A stretch of DNA of 63,614 nucleotides, filler included, from Octopus bimaculoides (lineage: Eukaryota), in NCBI RefSeq assembly GCF_001194135.2. It is 5 parts of 5 records of this genome, joined end to end, with 100 filler letters (N's around TTAATTAATTAA, not from the genome) between each part and the next. Parts side by side here need not be neighbours in the genome. Positions count along the whole stretch, not along the records: positions 1 to 17,778 come from NC_068983.1; 4 more parts are not named here. One strand, given 5' to 3'. Below are positions 1 through 11,188 of the stretch, piece by piece. Made by a program: the position numbers and the translations under genes. Numbering within the stretch: the first letter of the stretch is position 1; each line of letters starts with the position of its first letter. The notes under the pieces are model-generated. The model saw nothing but the letters and a program-made list of their open reading frames with translations, did not search any database and was not told where the DNA came from.

Positions 1-34
<34 letters not shown>

Positions 35-481
35 GCACACACACACACAAATTCGGCAAGGTTGATAAGAAAAAAGCTAACATCATTCTATTCTGTAAAA
101 ATGTTTTGGGACCGGATGCTGAATGAAGAGAAAAAAAGAAGTGGGAAGCGACGACTCGTTAAAAGATGGTGTGATTGCCCTCTTTTAGTATAACATAACA
201 TAATAATATTACATGCAGGGGTGCGTGCTTTTGCATCTCAAACATTATATATTTTAATTGTAAAACTGGGCTATTTGCATGACTCCACTTGAGAATTTCT
301 GAAGAGAACGGTTTCATTAACATAAATATGATAATTCTTCATAACTCTTTGAATGACATCTGTTGCGCCTATGGCATGTCACAGTGTCTTGTCTTCGGAT
401 CATATGAACATACATCTTCCTGGCGGTCTAGGAATTACATACTTAAATACTTGAAAAGAAAGTTTCATATACATGCGATAT

Positions 482-859
482 AGGCGCAGGAGTGGCTGTG
501 TGGTAAGTAGCTTGCTTACCAACCATATGGTTCCGGGTTCAGTCTCACTGCGTGGTACCTTAGGCAAGTGTCTTCTACTATAGCCTCGGGCCGACCAAAG
601 CCTTGTGAGTGGATTTGGTAGACGGAAACTGAAAGAAGCCCGTCGTATATATGTATATGTATATATATATATATGTGTATGTGTGTTTGTGTGTCTGTGT
701 TTGTCCCCGCCCCACCAACTCTTGACAACCGATGCTGGTGTGTTTACGTCTCCGTAACTTAGCGGTTCAGCAAAAAGAGGACGATAGAATAAGTCATGGG
801 TTTGATTTTCTCGACTAAAGGCGGTGCTCCAGCATGGCCACAGTCAAATGACTGAAACA
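482..859 (+). mobile_element. tRNA-derived SINE, family A (full length)
   Basis: Head has A-box TGGCTGTGTGG and B-box GGTTCAGTC, then an internal (TA/TG)n and a tail ending GACTGAAACA. Near-identical copies recur throughout the window. From memory it resembles Octopus OR/OK-type SINEs (unverified). Confidence 0.85.
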
Positions 860-1431
860 TGGTATTAGTTGACCCGGGGCTATTGTGGAAGACACATGCC
901 GCACAGTGGAGCTGAACTCAAGACCACACGGCTGCAATGCGAGCTAGTTTATCACACAGCCGTTCCCGTAGCTTAACTTTTATGAGGGAGCGTCAGATCA
1001 TGTTCCTCCTCCCGAAACTGTTTTCGCATAGCAGCGTTCCAAATGCACATTTTTTAATGGAATTTTGTAGAAATGTGTTATCGTTGTGTGTACATTATAT
1101 ATGTATTTTTTTAAATACTAAAAGGTGAGTTTCAAATCGTCCTTTTCCTCATCCGATTTTGTTACCACAAATTTCCCTAACTGTAGGATTCTTTTCCGAA
1201 TTTTATCAACATAATCGTAATCTACACTCACCAAAACCTATTTCTGCTGCGTTTCAATAAAAATACGCATTTTGAAGAGAATTATGTGGAAATAAAGTCG
1301 GAAAACCAAACATATTTCAGCACATCTATAGTTTTGGTAACCCTATCAACTTTGTTTTTCCTCATAAATATCTAAAAACAGCGTAATTTTTTAATAAGAT
1401 TTTGCAGAGATACGTTTGGGCGTATATAGAT

Positions 1432-1836
1432 TACTCTTTTACTCTCTTTTTACCCTTTTACTTGTTTCAGTCATTTGACTGTGGTCATGCTGGAGCACCG
1501 CTTTTAGTCGAGCAAATCGACCCCAGGACTTATTCTTTGTAAGCCTGGTACTTATTCTATCGTTCTGTTTTGCCGAACCGCTAAGTTACGGGCACGTAAA
1601 CACACCAGCATCGGTTGTCAAGCGATGGTGGGGGGACAAACACAGACATACAAACACACACACATATATATATACATATATATGATGGGCTTCTTTCAGT
1701 TTCCGTCTATTAAATCCACTCACAAGGCTTTGGTCGGCCCGAGGCTATAGTAGAAGACACTTGCTCAAGGTTCCACGCAGTGGGACTGAATCCGGAACCA
1801 TGTGGTTTGTAAGCAAGCTACTTACCACACAGCCAC
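1432..1836 (-). mobile_element. SINE family A
   Basis: Reverse-complement match to 482-859 with a (TACTCTTT)n tail. Confidence 0.85.
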
Positions 1837-2027
1837 AAACCTATGGGTATTCTCTCGAAATTCAAGAAAGACGATTTTGCAACTTTTTGTTGAACAGACT
1901 GTACAAATGGTTTGTTAATTATAGTGATCAAATCTTTGTGCCCACTTTCCCCACGAAATTGGCATTGCCCGTATAGATAGGTGCACAGTGTCCCACATGT
2001 CAGATGTTGAAGTGATCAAAGATCAGC

Positions 2028-2130
2028 GTGAGATGAAGTGTTTTGCTCAAGAACATAATGTACGGTTCGGTCCGGGAATCGAATCCACGATCTCGCGAGT
2101 GCAACGCCCTAACCACTTCGCCACGCGCCC
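2028..2130 (-). mobile_element. tRNA-derived SINE head fragment (family C-like)
   Basis: Minus strand reads GGGCGCGTGGCGAAGTGGTTAGGG...GGATTCGATTCCCGGACCG, giving A and B boxes like those at 6157 and 61577. Confidence 0.65.
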
Positions 2131-2393
2131 TGATATACGCATAAATATACGTGTGTGTGTGCGTGCGTGTGTTCGATCCGCCACAACACCGCTTAATAAC
2201 CGGTGTTGGTTTATTTACAAGCAAAGGAACAGCTAACCGCACTTTAAAATAAGTTTTGTGGTCGATCTATACAACTAATAGCCATGCAAGGTAGTGCTGG
2301 ATCATTTTCTGTTCATACGGAGAATCTCGAAGCAAATAATGCTATAAATAACAGCATGTAAATATTGGGTTAAAAACCCTTTAAATAACAGCA

Positions 2394-2507
2394 TACTCAT
2401 TACTCTTTTACTTGTTTCAGTCATTTGACTGTGGTCATGCTGGAGCACNNNNNNNNNNTCGGCCCGAAGCTATAGTAGAAGACACTTGCCCAAGGTGCCA
2501 CGCAGTA
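2394..2507 (-). mobile_element. SINE family A fragment spanning a small gap
   Basis: Tail and mid-body match family A. Confidence 0.7.
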
Positions 2508-3737
2508 AATATTGGGTTAAAACCCCTTTAAATAGATACGCCATTTTTCTGTCATTAATGACAGAGTCGGTATATTTTTAGTGCACGTGTATGCTAGTAC
2601 CAGTAATAACCACATCTATATTGGTCTCAAGTAAAGCAATGAGTCTTCTTAGTTTCTTACTGGTCTTCGTTCAGCTCACATGAAATAGAACTATCATATA
2701 TATAGGTTAGTGTGTCATTAACGGTCTACGATATGTCATAGTTAACTGACTCATGACCTCAGTGCGGTGTCCAGTTTTAGATCAGCGCTCGTTATAATAT
2801 TGCTCATTAGATCTTAAGTTGTGTACTCATCATTAAAAAAACATGTGCCAGCTGGTGATATCAGACAATCGACATAAATTTAGACTTACACATGCTTGTN
2901 NNNNNNNNNNNNNNNNNNNNNNNNNNNNNNNNNNNNNNNNNNNNNNNNNNNNNNNNNNNNNNNNNNNNNNNNNNNNNNNNNNNNNNNNNNNNNNNNNNNN
3001 NNNNNNNNNNNNNNNNNNNNNNNNNNNNNNNNNNNNNNNNNNNNNNNNNNNNNNNNNNNNNNNNNNNNNNNNNNNNNNNNNNNNNNNNNNNNNNNNNNNN
3101 NNNNNNNNNNNNNNNNNNNNNNNNNNNNNNNNNNNNNNNNNNNNNNNNNNNNNNNNNNNNNNNNNNNNNNNNNNNNNNNNNNNNNNNNNNNNNNNNNNNN
3201 NNNNNNNNNNNNNNNNNNNNNNNNNNNNNNNNNNNNNNNNNNNNNNNNNNNNNNNNNNNNNNNNNNNNNNNNNNNNNNNNNNNNNNNNNNNNNNNNNNNN
3301 NNNNNNNNNNNNNNNNNNNNNNNNNNNNNNNNNNNNNNNNNNNNNNNNNNNNNNNNNNNNNNNNNNNNNNNNNNNNNNNNNNNNNNNNNNNNNNNNNNNN
3401 NNNNNNNNNNNNNNNNNNNNNNNNNNNNNNNNNNNNNNNNNNNNNNNNNNNNNNNNNNNNNNNNNNNNNNNNNNNNNNNNNNNNNNNNNNNNNCCCCACA
3501 CACACCCACCCACTCTATTCTGTCTGTTCTTGCCCTCTTCTCTAATTCTGACCTCATCGCCTCTCTTCTCTCTACTCTCACCCTCACCTCCGCTTTAGTC
3601 TGTATCACCACCGCTCTTTGCTATTTAGCCTCGCGTTAGGCAGTGATTTCAGGAAAATTTGGCAGCTATTTCTAGCAGATCAAGAAACCAGGCTGGAGCT
3701 TTCTTGTTTGGATATTTACGGTTAAAAGGGAAATAGT

Positions 3738-4067
3738 TTACTCTTTTACTCTTATACTTGTTTCAGTCATTTGACTGCGGCCATGCTGGAGCACCGCCTT
3801 TTAGTCGAGAAAATCGACCCCAGAACTTATTCTTTGCAGCTTATTCTACCATTGGTTACCAAGCGATGCTGGGGGGGGGGACACAGACACACATATACAT
3901 ACACATATATACATATACACGACGGGCTTCTTTCAGTTTCCGTCTACCAAATCCACTCACAAGGCTTTGGTCGGCCCGAGGCTGCCCAAGGTGCCACGCA
4001 GTAGGACTGAACCCGGAACCATGTGGTTGTTGAGCAAGCTACTTACCACACAGCCACTCCTGCGCCT
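3738..4067 (-). mobile_element. SINE family A, internally deleted
   Basis: Matches family A with segments missing from the tail and head. Confidence 0.8.
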
Positions 4068-4149
4068 TTTACACTATGGAGGATATTTTTCTACCTACAA
4101 ACAAGATATTCAAGAGACACCTCGATTCAGCCAGCAGAATAAAGGATAG

Positions 4150-4535
4150 GGTGACGGCATGATATGAGAGTAGAGACAGAAGAGAGAGGCTACGATGACG
4201 TGTGAGAATAGGACGGCCATATTGTGCAAAACAAGAGCCAGAATAAGACTGACGCGGTGTAATGTGAAACTAGGCAGCAGAGGGTGTCGTAGTGCGAGAC
4301 TTGACAGAATAATAGAGTAGTGACCTAGTGCGAGACGAAACGGAATAAAGCGGTGGCGTAATGCGAAACGAAACAAAATAGAGCAGTGCGTAGAAGCGAG
4401 GCGAAAGATTGAAATGGCGACGTAGTGCAAGATTGGGTAGAATAGAGCGGAGTTGTAGAACTAGATAGAAGAGAACGACAGGGTAGTGCGAGATTGATGA
4501 GGGAAGAGAGTGGCACTAGAGAGAATAATAGAACA
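4150..4535. repeat. Degenerate ~30-34 bp minisatellite
   Basis: Recurring G(A/G)CGTAGTGCGAGAC...GAATAGAG-like units. Confidence 0.6.
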
Positions 4536-4552
4536 GTGGATTGAATTAGAAA

Positions 4553-4726
4553 TACAGTTCTATATTTAAGAGATGAGGAATTATGTACATTATTTACATT
4601 TGACGAATATTTGCCCTCACCTTGTTTGTTGTTAACACAGCGTTTCGGCTGATATACCCCCCAGCCTTCATCAGGTGTCTTGGGGAAATTTCGAACCTGG
4701 GTTCTCATTCCTAAGGTATTTTTCGA

Positions 4727-4764
<38 letters not shown>

Positions 4765-4830
4765 TCACTGCCTGGAATCGAACTCGGAATCTTCGGGTTA
4801 GTAGGCCGCGCTCTTAACCACTACGCCATA
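4553..4830 (-). mobile_element. tRNA-headed SINE with internal (AAT)n and a Penelope-like 3' region containing a hammerhead motif
   Basis: A-box TGGCGTAGTGG, anticodon-like loop CTACTAA and B-box GAGTTCGATTCC, then (AAT)n, then the CTGATGA...GAAA hammerhead core. Confidence 0.7.
4634..4679 (-). ncRNA. Minimal type-I hammerhead ribozyme motif (Penelope-type); this copy is probably mutated at the cleavage triplet
   Basis: Minus strand: GACAC-CTGATGA-A-GGCTG-GGGGGTATAT-CAGCC-GAAA-CGCT-GTGTT. Stem I is GACAC/GTGTT and stem II is GGCTG/CAGCC. Confidence 0.65.
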
Positions 4831-5450
4831 TGTAAAAGAAAGTCCTTATATATTTAATACTCAATATTACATTTATTCAATAAGACATTCAATACTTCAT
4901 TTCATTTTACTATTTATATTATATATTCCATATTCTATATCCCACATTAATTTTATAAGAATATAAATAAAACATAAAAAACAGACATAGTTGGAACTGT
5001 TTTGAATAATATATATATATATNNNNNNNNNNNNNNNNNNNNNNNNNNNNNNNNNNNNNNNNNNNNNNNNNNNNNNNNNNNNNNNNNNNNNNNNNNNNNN
5101 NNNNNNNNNNNNNNNNNNNNNNNNNNNNNNNNNNNNNNNNNNNNNNNNNNNNNNNNNNNNNNNNNNNNNNNNNNNNNNNNNNNNNNNNNNNNNNNNNNNN
5201 NNNNNNNNNNNNNNNNNNNNNNNNNNNNNNNNNNNNNNNNNNNNNNNNNNNNNNNNNNNNNNNNNNNNNNNNNNNNNNNNNNNNNNNNNNNNNNNNNNNN
5301 NNNNNNNNNNNNNNNNNNNNNNNNNNNNNNNNNNNNNNNNNNNNNNNNNNNNNNNNNNNNNNNNNNNNNNNNNNNNNNNNNNNNNNNNNNNNNNNNNNNN
5401 NNNNNNNNNNNNNNNNNNNATATATGTATATATATATACACACTACACAC

Positions 5451-5482
<32 letters not shown>

Positions 5483-5543
5483 CACACTACAAACTATATA
5501 TATATATATGTAAACATACTTTATACATACACACGTTGCACGT

Positions 5544-5850
5544 TGGACAAATGTCTTCTGCTATAGCCCCGGGCCGACCAATGCCTTGTGAGTGGATTTG
5601 GTAGACGGAAACTGAAAGAAGCCCGTTGTATATATACATGTGTGTGTGTTTGTGTATCTGTGTTTGTCCCCAACGTCGCTTGACAACCGATGCTGGTGTG
5701 TTTACGTCTCTGTAACTTAGCGGTTCGGAAAAAAGACCGATAGAATAAGTACTAGGCTTACAAAGAATAATTCCTGAAGTTGATTTGCTTGACTAAAGGC
5801 GGTGCTCCAGCATGGCCGCAGTTAAATGACAGAAGCAAGTAAAATAATAA
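5544..5850 (+). mobile_element. SINE family A, 5'-truncated
   Basis: Body and tail match family A. Confidence 0.8.
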
Positions 5851-6156
5851 GCCCGGTTACACCCGGTCGGTTTGGATGATATGGCTGTAAAACCTGCTCT
5901 GTGTAAGCATTCGACTTGTTTGGGCACACTTACGTTAAAAAACAATTTTAGCTGTCAAAACGCTAAAAATAACTGACCAACAAAAAAAAAACAACCAAGA
6001 TTCAACCAAATCAAAATATAACACACACACACACACACACGCACACATTCAAATACTCCAGCATGGCCCCAATCAAAATGACAAACCCTGTGGAAAGTCA
6101 GCTACTGTAAATGCATCTTATTGTTCTCCTCTCATGCATATACAAAGCTAATTAGT

Positions 6157-6518
6157 GGATGCGCAATGGCCCAGTGGTTAGGCAGCGGACTCGCGGTCAT
6201 AGGATCGCGGTTTCGATTCCCAGACCGGGCGTTGTGAGTGTTTATTGAGCGAAAACACCTAAAGCTCCACGAGGCTCCGGCTGGGGATGGTGGCGAACCC
6301 TGCTGTACTCTTCCACCACAACTTTCTCTCACTCTTACTTCCTGTTTCTGTTGTGCCTGTAATTCAAAGGGTCAGCCTTGTCACACTGTGTCACGCTGAA
6401 TATCCCCGAGAACTACGTGAAGAGTACACGTGTCTGTGGAGTGCTCAGCCACTTGCACGTTAATTTCACGAGCAGGCTGTTCCGTTGATCGGATCACCTG
6501 GAACCCTCGACGTCGTAA
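6157..6518 (+). mobile_element. tRNA-derived SINE, family C
   Basis: A-box TGGCCCAGTGG at 6167 and B-box GGTTTCGATTCC at 6209. The 3' half matches the reverse copy at 54790-54960. Confidence 0.8.
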
Positions 6519-7099
6519 GTGCCAACAAAACAAAGCTAATTCAGTCATTCTATATAAACATTTGAATGATAAACGTACACAACTCTTGACCCCAGCACCT
6601 ACACCTTTGAGTGTATGTGTATGTGTGCATACTGGTGTACAAGCTTGTTCGTTGGTGTACATTTGACTCAAAAACGGTCACTGTTACATCAAACATTTGT
6701 TTAATTTTGTGAAGGTGCGAGGTTAAGTGAATGTCTGGTGTGGAAGTTGGTCAAATTTCTGGTGGGTGTGTTGGTGGTTGAAAATAGCAGACACAAGTAG
6801 TAGTTACAGTGAAGGAAGGGTGATGCATCACCTCATTTCTAGCTGACACTGATGTGTATGTGTTTGTGAATCATTCAAATATATTATTTAATATGTATAA
6901 TAGATCGTATTTCGTGGACAAGAAATAATAACATTGTTCGTTACAATTTTTTCAACGACAAAACTACGCATTTATTGCTTATCTGACTATGAGGGAGACA
7001 AGAAAGTGCGTGTGTAACTCTGGATGTATTTACAAGCACAAGGTATTTTTCTTCAATAAATTAGTTTTATCGGTGATTTTCATGCTGAAATGTATGAAA

Positions 7100-7519
7100 T
7101 ACTCTTTTACTCTTTTACTTGTTTCAGTCATTTGACTGCGGCCATGCTGGAGCAACACCTTTAGTCGAGCAAATCGACCCCAGGACTTATTCTTTGGAAG
7201 CCTAGTACTTATTCTATCAGTCTCTTTTGCCGAGCCGCTAAGTTACGGAGACGCAAACACACCACCATCGGTTGTCAAGCGATGTTGGAGGGGGGAGGAC
7301 AAACACAAACACGCAAACATATACACACACACATATATATATATACATATATATATGACGGGCTTCTTTCAGTTTCCGTCTACCAAATCCACTCACAAGG
7401 CTTTGGTCGGCCCGAGGCTATAGTAGAAGACACTTGCCCAAGGTGCCACGCAGTGGGACTGAACCCAGAACCATGAGGTTGGTAAGCAAGCTACTTACCA
7501 CACAGCCACTCCTACGCCT
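7100..7519 (-). mobile_element. SINE family A (full length)
   Basis: Reverse-complement match to 482-859. Confidence 0.85.
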
Positions 7520-7732
7520 TTAACTGATACATTCGCGCACAGGCGCATATTAGCAATAAATCTCCCCTGTTTCTAAGCTACAGTCTATATTTATTACTAT
7601 AACGATTTTGGACAGTGATCCTTACTCCACTACCCCACCACTAACCATACATTGTAAAGCGGGACGCAGTCAACTTAACTGGAAATGTGAATGGAAAAGT
7701 CGATGTCAGCTGGATTTGAAGACAGAGCATAA

Positions 7733-7772
7733 CTAAAATACCTATGCGTTCGGCCACGCATAGGTATTTTAG
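7733..7772. repeat. Perfect 17-bp inverted repeat with a 6-nt loop
   Basis: CTAAAATACCTATGCGT-TCGGCC-ACGCATAGGTATTTTAG. Confidence 0.9.
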
Positions 7773-8251
7773 CAGCCAAATCACCTTCACACCACATTCT
7801 GCAGTCTTATACAAAAATGATAAGAACGTTAAGCAATGTTATATGTTCATTGGAGGAAGGAAAACAAAAGCTCTGAATCACCTTTCGTCATGGGCTTATT
7901 CTATCAGAGATAAGCTGAACCCCAAACTACAAGCAAGAACAATTAAAAGCACAAATATATAAATGACATGATTGATTAATGACCGTTGGCATGATCAGAT
8001 TTATAGAAGGAAGTTGTTCAATCCCCACAAGAACTAGCGTCTCTGTACGTAAAACATCGACAATATGAGGAAACAATGTCTCTTCTGAAACCTTACGCAT
8101 ATCAGCTCAAATGCACCTAAATACAGACAAATATTCTAATATTACCGTTTTTATCACTTGCTGTACACTTAAACATGTTCCGCCATCCTGGCATTTGTAC
8201 TCGGGGTTATATTATCCAATGTGGTCATTTTATTATTAATATTTTATTTTT

Positions 8252-8544
8252 ACGGCTGTGTGATAAGAAGCTTGCTTCCCAACCACATGGTTCCGGGGTC
8301 CGTCCCACTCCATGGTACCTTGGGCAACTGCCTTGGCCAAATGCCTTTTTTTCTATATTTATTTTTGCTTGCAATAGCCGGTTCTTTTGGTCAAACTGTC
8401 GTATCTCCAGCTGCTTTAAATGTCAAGATATCAAAAATTGTCAAAGTGCAGTACAACGTTTTTGCTATGGAATGGTGAAACTACTTTTTCGTTTTCTGAA
8501 AAAGCAACGTTTTGGACTTACGATACTTTTGCATAATAGCAACG

Positions 8545-8606
<62 letters not shown>

Positions 8607-8825
8607 CTATCTTGTGTTTGTCCCATCACTGCTTGACAACAGGTGTTGGTGTGTTTACGTCCCCGTAATTTAGCGGTTCGGCAAAAGAGGCCGATAGAAT
8701 AAGTACCAGATTTAAATTAATAAATTAATAAGTCCTGGGATTGATTTGTTCGACCAAAACCCTTCAAGATGGTGCCCCATCATGGCCGCAGTCAAAAAGA
8801 CTGAAACTAGGAAAAGAATAAAGAA
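8252..8825 (+). mobile_element. SINE family A pieces (head ~8252-8330, tail ~8598-8825) separated by unrelated sequence and (TG)n
   Basis: Head and tail each match family A. Confidence 0.65.
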
Positions 8826-9039
8826 CAGCAGAATACAGACTGAATGGGATTTGGCTGCTATTTCTAGCGGGTCGAGTGACCACGTGGATTCCAACTAGTT
8901 TAGTTAATTCTATAACACTGAAATGTTAGTTGAAATGACAGCTTGTGATATGTCGTCATGGAGAAACGGACATTAAAACTCATTCCTATTAGTTAAAATG
9001 ATGTTATACCGAGCTAACTGAAAATTCAGGAGAAAATAT

Positions 9040-9354
9040 ATCTCTTTTACTCTTTTACTTGTTTCAGTCTTTTGACTACGGCCATGCTGGAGCACCGCCT
9101 TTAGTCGAGCAAATCGACCCCAGGACTTATTCTTTGTAAGCCTTGTACTTATTTTATCGGTCTTTTGCCGAACCGCTAAGTTACGGGGACTTAAACACAC
9201 CACCATCGGTTGTCAAGCGATGTTGGGGTGGACAAACACAGACACACAAACATACACACACATAGACATATATATACATATATACGACAGGCTTCTTTCA
9301 GTTTCCGTCTACCAAATCCACTCACAAGGCTTTGGTCGGCCCGAGGCTATAGTA
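9040..9354 (-). mobile_element. SINE family A running into a gap
   Basis: Matches family A. Confidence 0.85.
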
Positions 9355-10024
9355 NNNNNNNNNNNNNNNNNNNNNNNNNNNNNNNNNNNNNNNNNNNNNN
9401 NNNNNNNNNNNNNNNNNNNNNNNNNNNNNNNNNNNNNNNNNNNNNNNNNNNNNNNNNNNNNNNNNNNNNNNNNNNNNNNNNNNNNNNNNNNNNNNNNNNN
9501 NNNNNNNNNNNNNNNNNNNNNNNNNNNNNNNNNNNNNNNNNNNNNNNNNNNNNNNNNNNNNNNNNNNNNNNNNNNNNNNNNNNNNNNNNNNNNNNNNNNN
9601 NNNNNNNNNNNNNNNNNNNNNNNNNNNNNNNNNNNNNNNNNNNNNNNNNNNNNNNNNNNNNNNNNNNNNNNNNNNNNNNNNNNNNNNNNNNNNNNNNNNN
9701 NNNNNNNNNNNNNNNNNNNNNNNNNNNNNNNNNNNNNNNNNNNNNNNNNNNNNNNNNNNNNNNNNNNNNNNNNNNNNNNNNNNNNNNNNNNNNNNNNNNN
9801 NNNNNNNNNNNNNNNNNNNNNNNNNNNNNNNNNNNNNNNNNNNNNNNNNNNNNNNNNNNNNNNNNNNNNNNNNNNNNNNNNNNNNNNNNNNNNNNNNNNN
9901 NNNNNNNNNNNNNNNNNNNNNNNNNNNNNNNNNNNNNNNNNNNNNNNNNNNNNNNNNNNNNNNNNNNNNNNNNNNNNNNNNNNNNNNNNNNNNNNNNNNN
10001 NNNNNNNNNNNNATACACTGATAT

Positions 10025-10545
10025 ATACAGGAGATAGAACGTGTCCATATCTTTGTGATCCAGAAACGAAGGCTCAGTGCATAGAATGGTGTCACATCCC
10101 TTCTCCAAGCGCTGGCGTTCGGCACAGGATGGTATGATAGCTTTTTTTAAGGCCGCCAGGTCCTTAATTTTCTGAACCCTGGCTGTACTGTGAACATCGT
10201 ACGGTACATTGAAGCAATACCAAACAAGAATCAAAGAACTAACCACATTCACCATAACGATGCATTATCATACACATCTTTGGTAACAAACCAGGCAATC
10301 GGCAAATAGAGCAAATCAGTGGTTCCCCCATTCACCGTACAGTCCAGATCTGACACCCTCTTGACTTCTCTGTTTGGTCTAATGAAGAGTAGTCTTCGAG
10401 GACAACGAAATCATGACAGGGATGAGGTTTAAGTGTATGTAGAGAAATGGCTGCAACAGTACATACGTGAATTTTTAAGATGATACATAACTTGAGCCCA
10501 ACGATAATACAAACGCACCGCTCGTGAGAGGGCTATGTTGTGTAC
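10025..10545 (+). pseudogene. Mariner (Tc1/mariner) transposase remnant
   Basis: YLCDPETKAQCIEWCH resembles mariner YEPETKRQSMEW. HSPYSPDLTPS and LFGLMKSSLRG match the YSPDL motif region. Frameshifts and stops are present. Confidence 0.8.
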
Positions 10546-11188
10546 TATCTTTGGATAGAGAAAGAGATACTCTGCTAACATGTAATGCCTATTTGTTCAT
10601 TGCTTTAGGGACAACACTTGTAAATAACATGTAAATATAATAAATTTAGGCTCAATATTACAGATTCAAATGCAAATAGAATCAAGATTTATAAAAAAAA
10701 TAACTGAAAAAGAATACAAAGATAAAATTTTTCCTTTTGTAAAATGAAAGGTCATTTCTGAACTTTTACAGTAAAGGAACGGATTAACAATATATACATT
10801 TATAATAAACAATAATTATATACTGAAGTATAATATTTAAACCAAATACACTCGAAAGCTACAACGGGGAGAAAAATATTTACTAATATTAATATTATTT
10901 TTAAATTTACATTAAACAGCTAATCTTAAAATGATTTTGTAAAAAAGTTTTCTAAAGAATGACAATATTCCCGTTCAATATATAACACAATGCTTCTTTG
11001 AATGTCCGATATTTATAAGCAATGTTGTTTTAATTAATGTTTCCAAATCAACATTGGATATTTCTTCAGCATTGGTGAAGAGTACATAATGATTATTGTT
11101 GGATTATATTTCCAATTCAAAGAACAGTTTTTCTTTTTTTTTTTTTCATCCAATATCTTTCTCTCTTACTCTGTTCAGTTTTATCCAA

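Noticed and set aside
2833-3639. Long ORFs spanning N gaps (also 9.2-10.2, 23.9-25.1, 53.1-54.1 kb and others)
   Set aside because: They are open only because N codons translate as X.
4765-4830. Possible genuine tRNA gene (also heads at 6157 and 61577)
   Set aside because: The acceptor and anticodon stems are imperfect and each continues into SINE body sequence.
11134-11146. T13 run as the retroposed poly(A) remnant of the EB1-like gene
   Set aside because: Mononucleotide runs are common here and no TSD is visible, so it is not usable as evidence.
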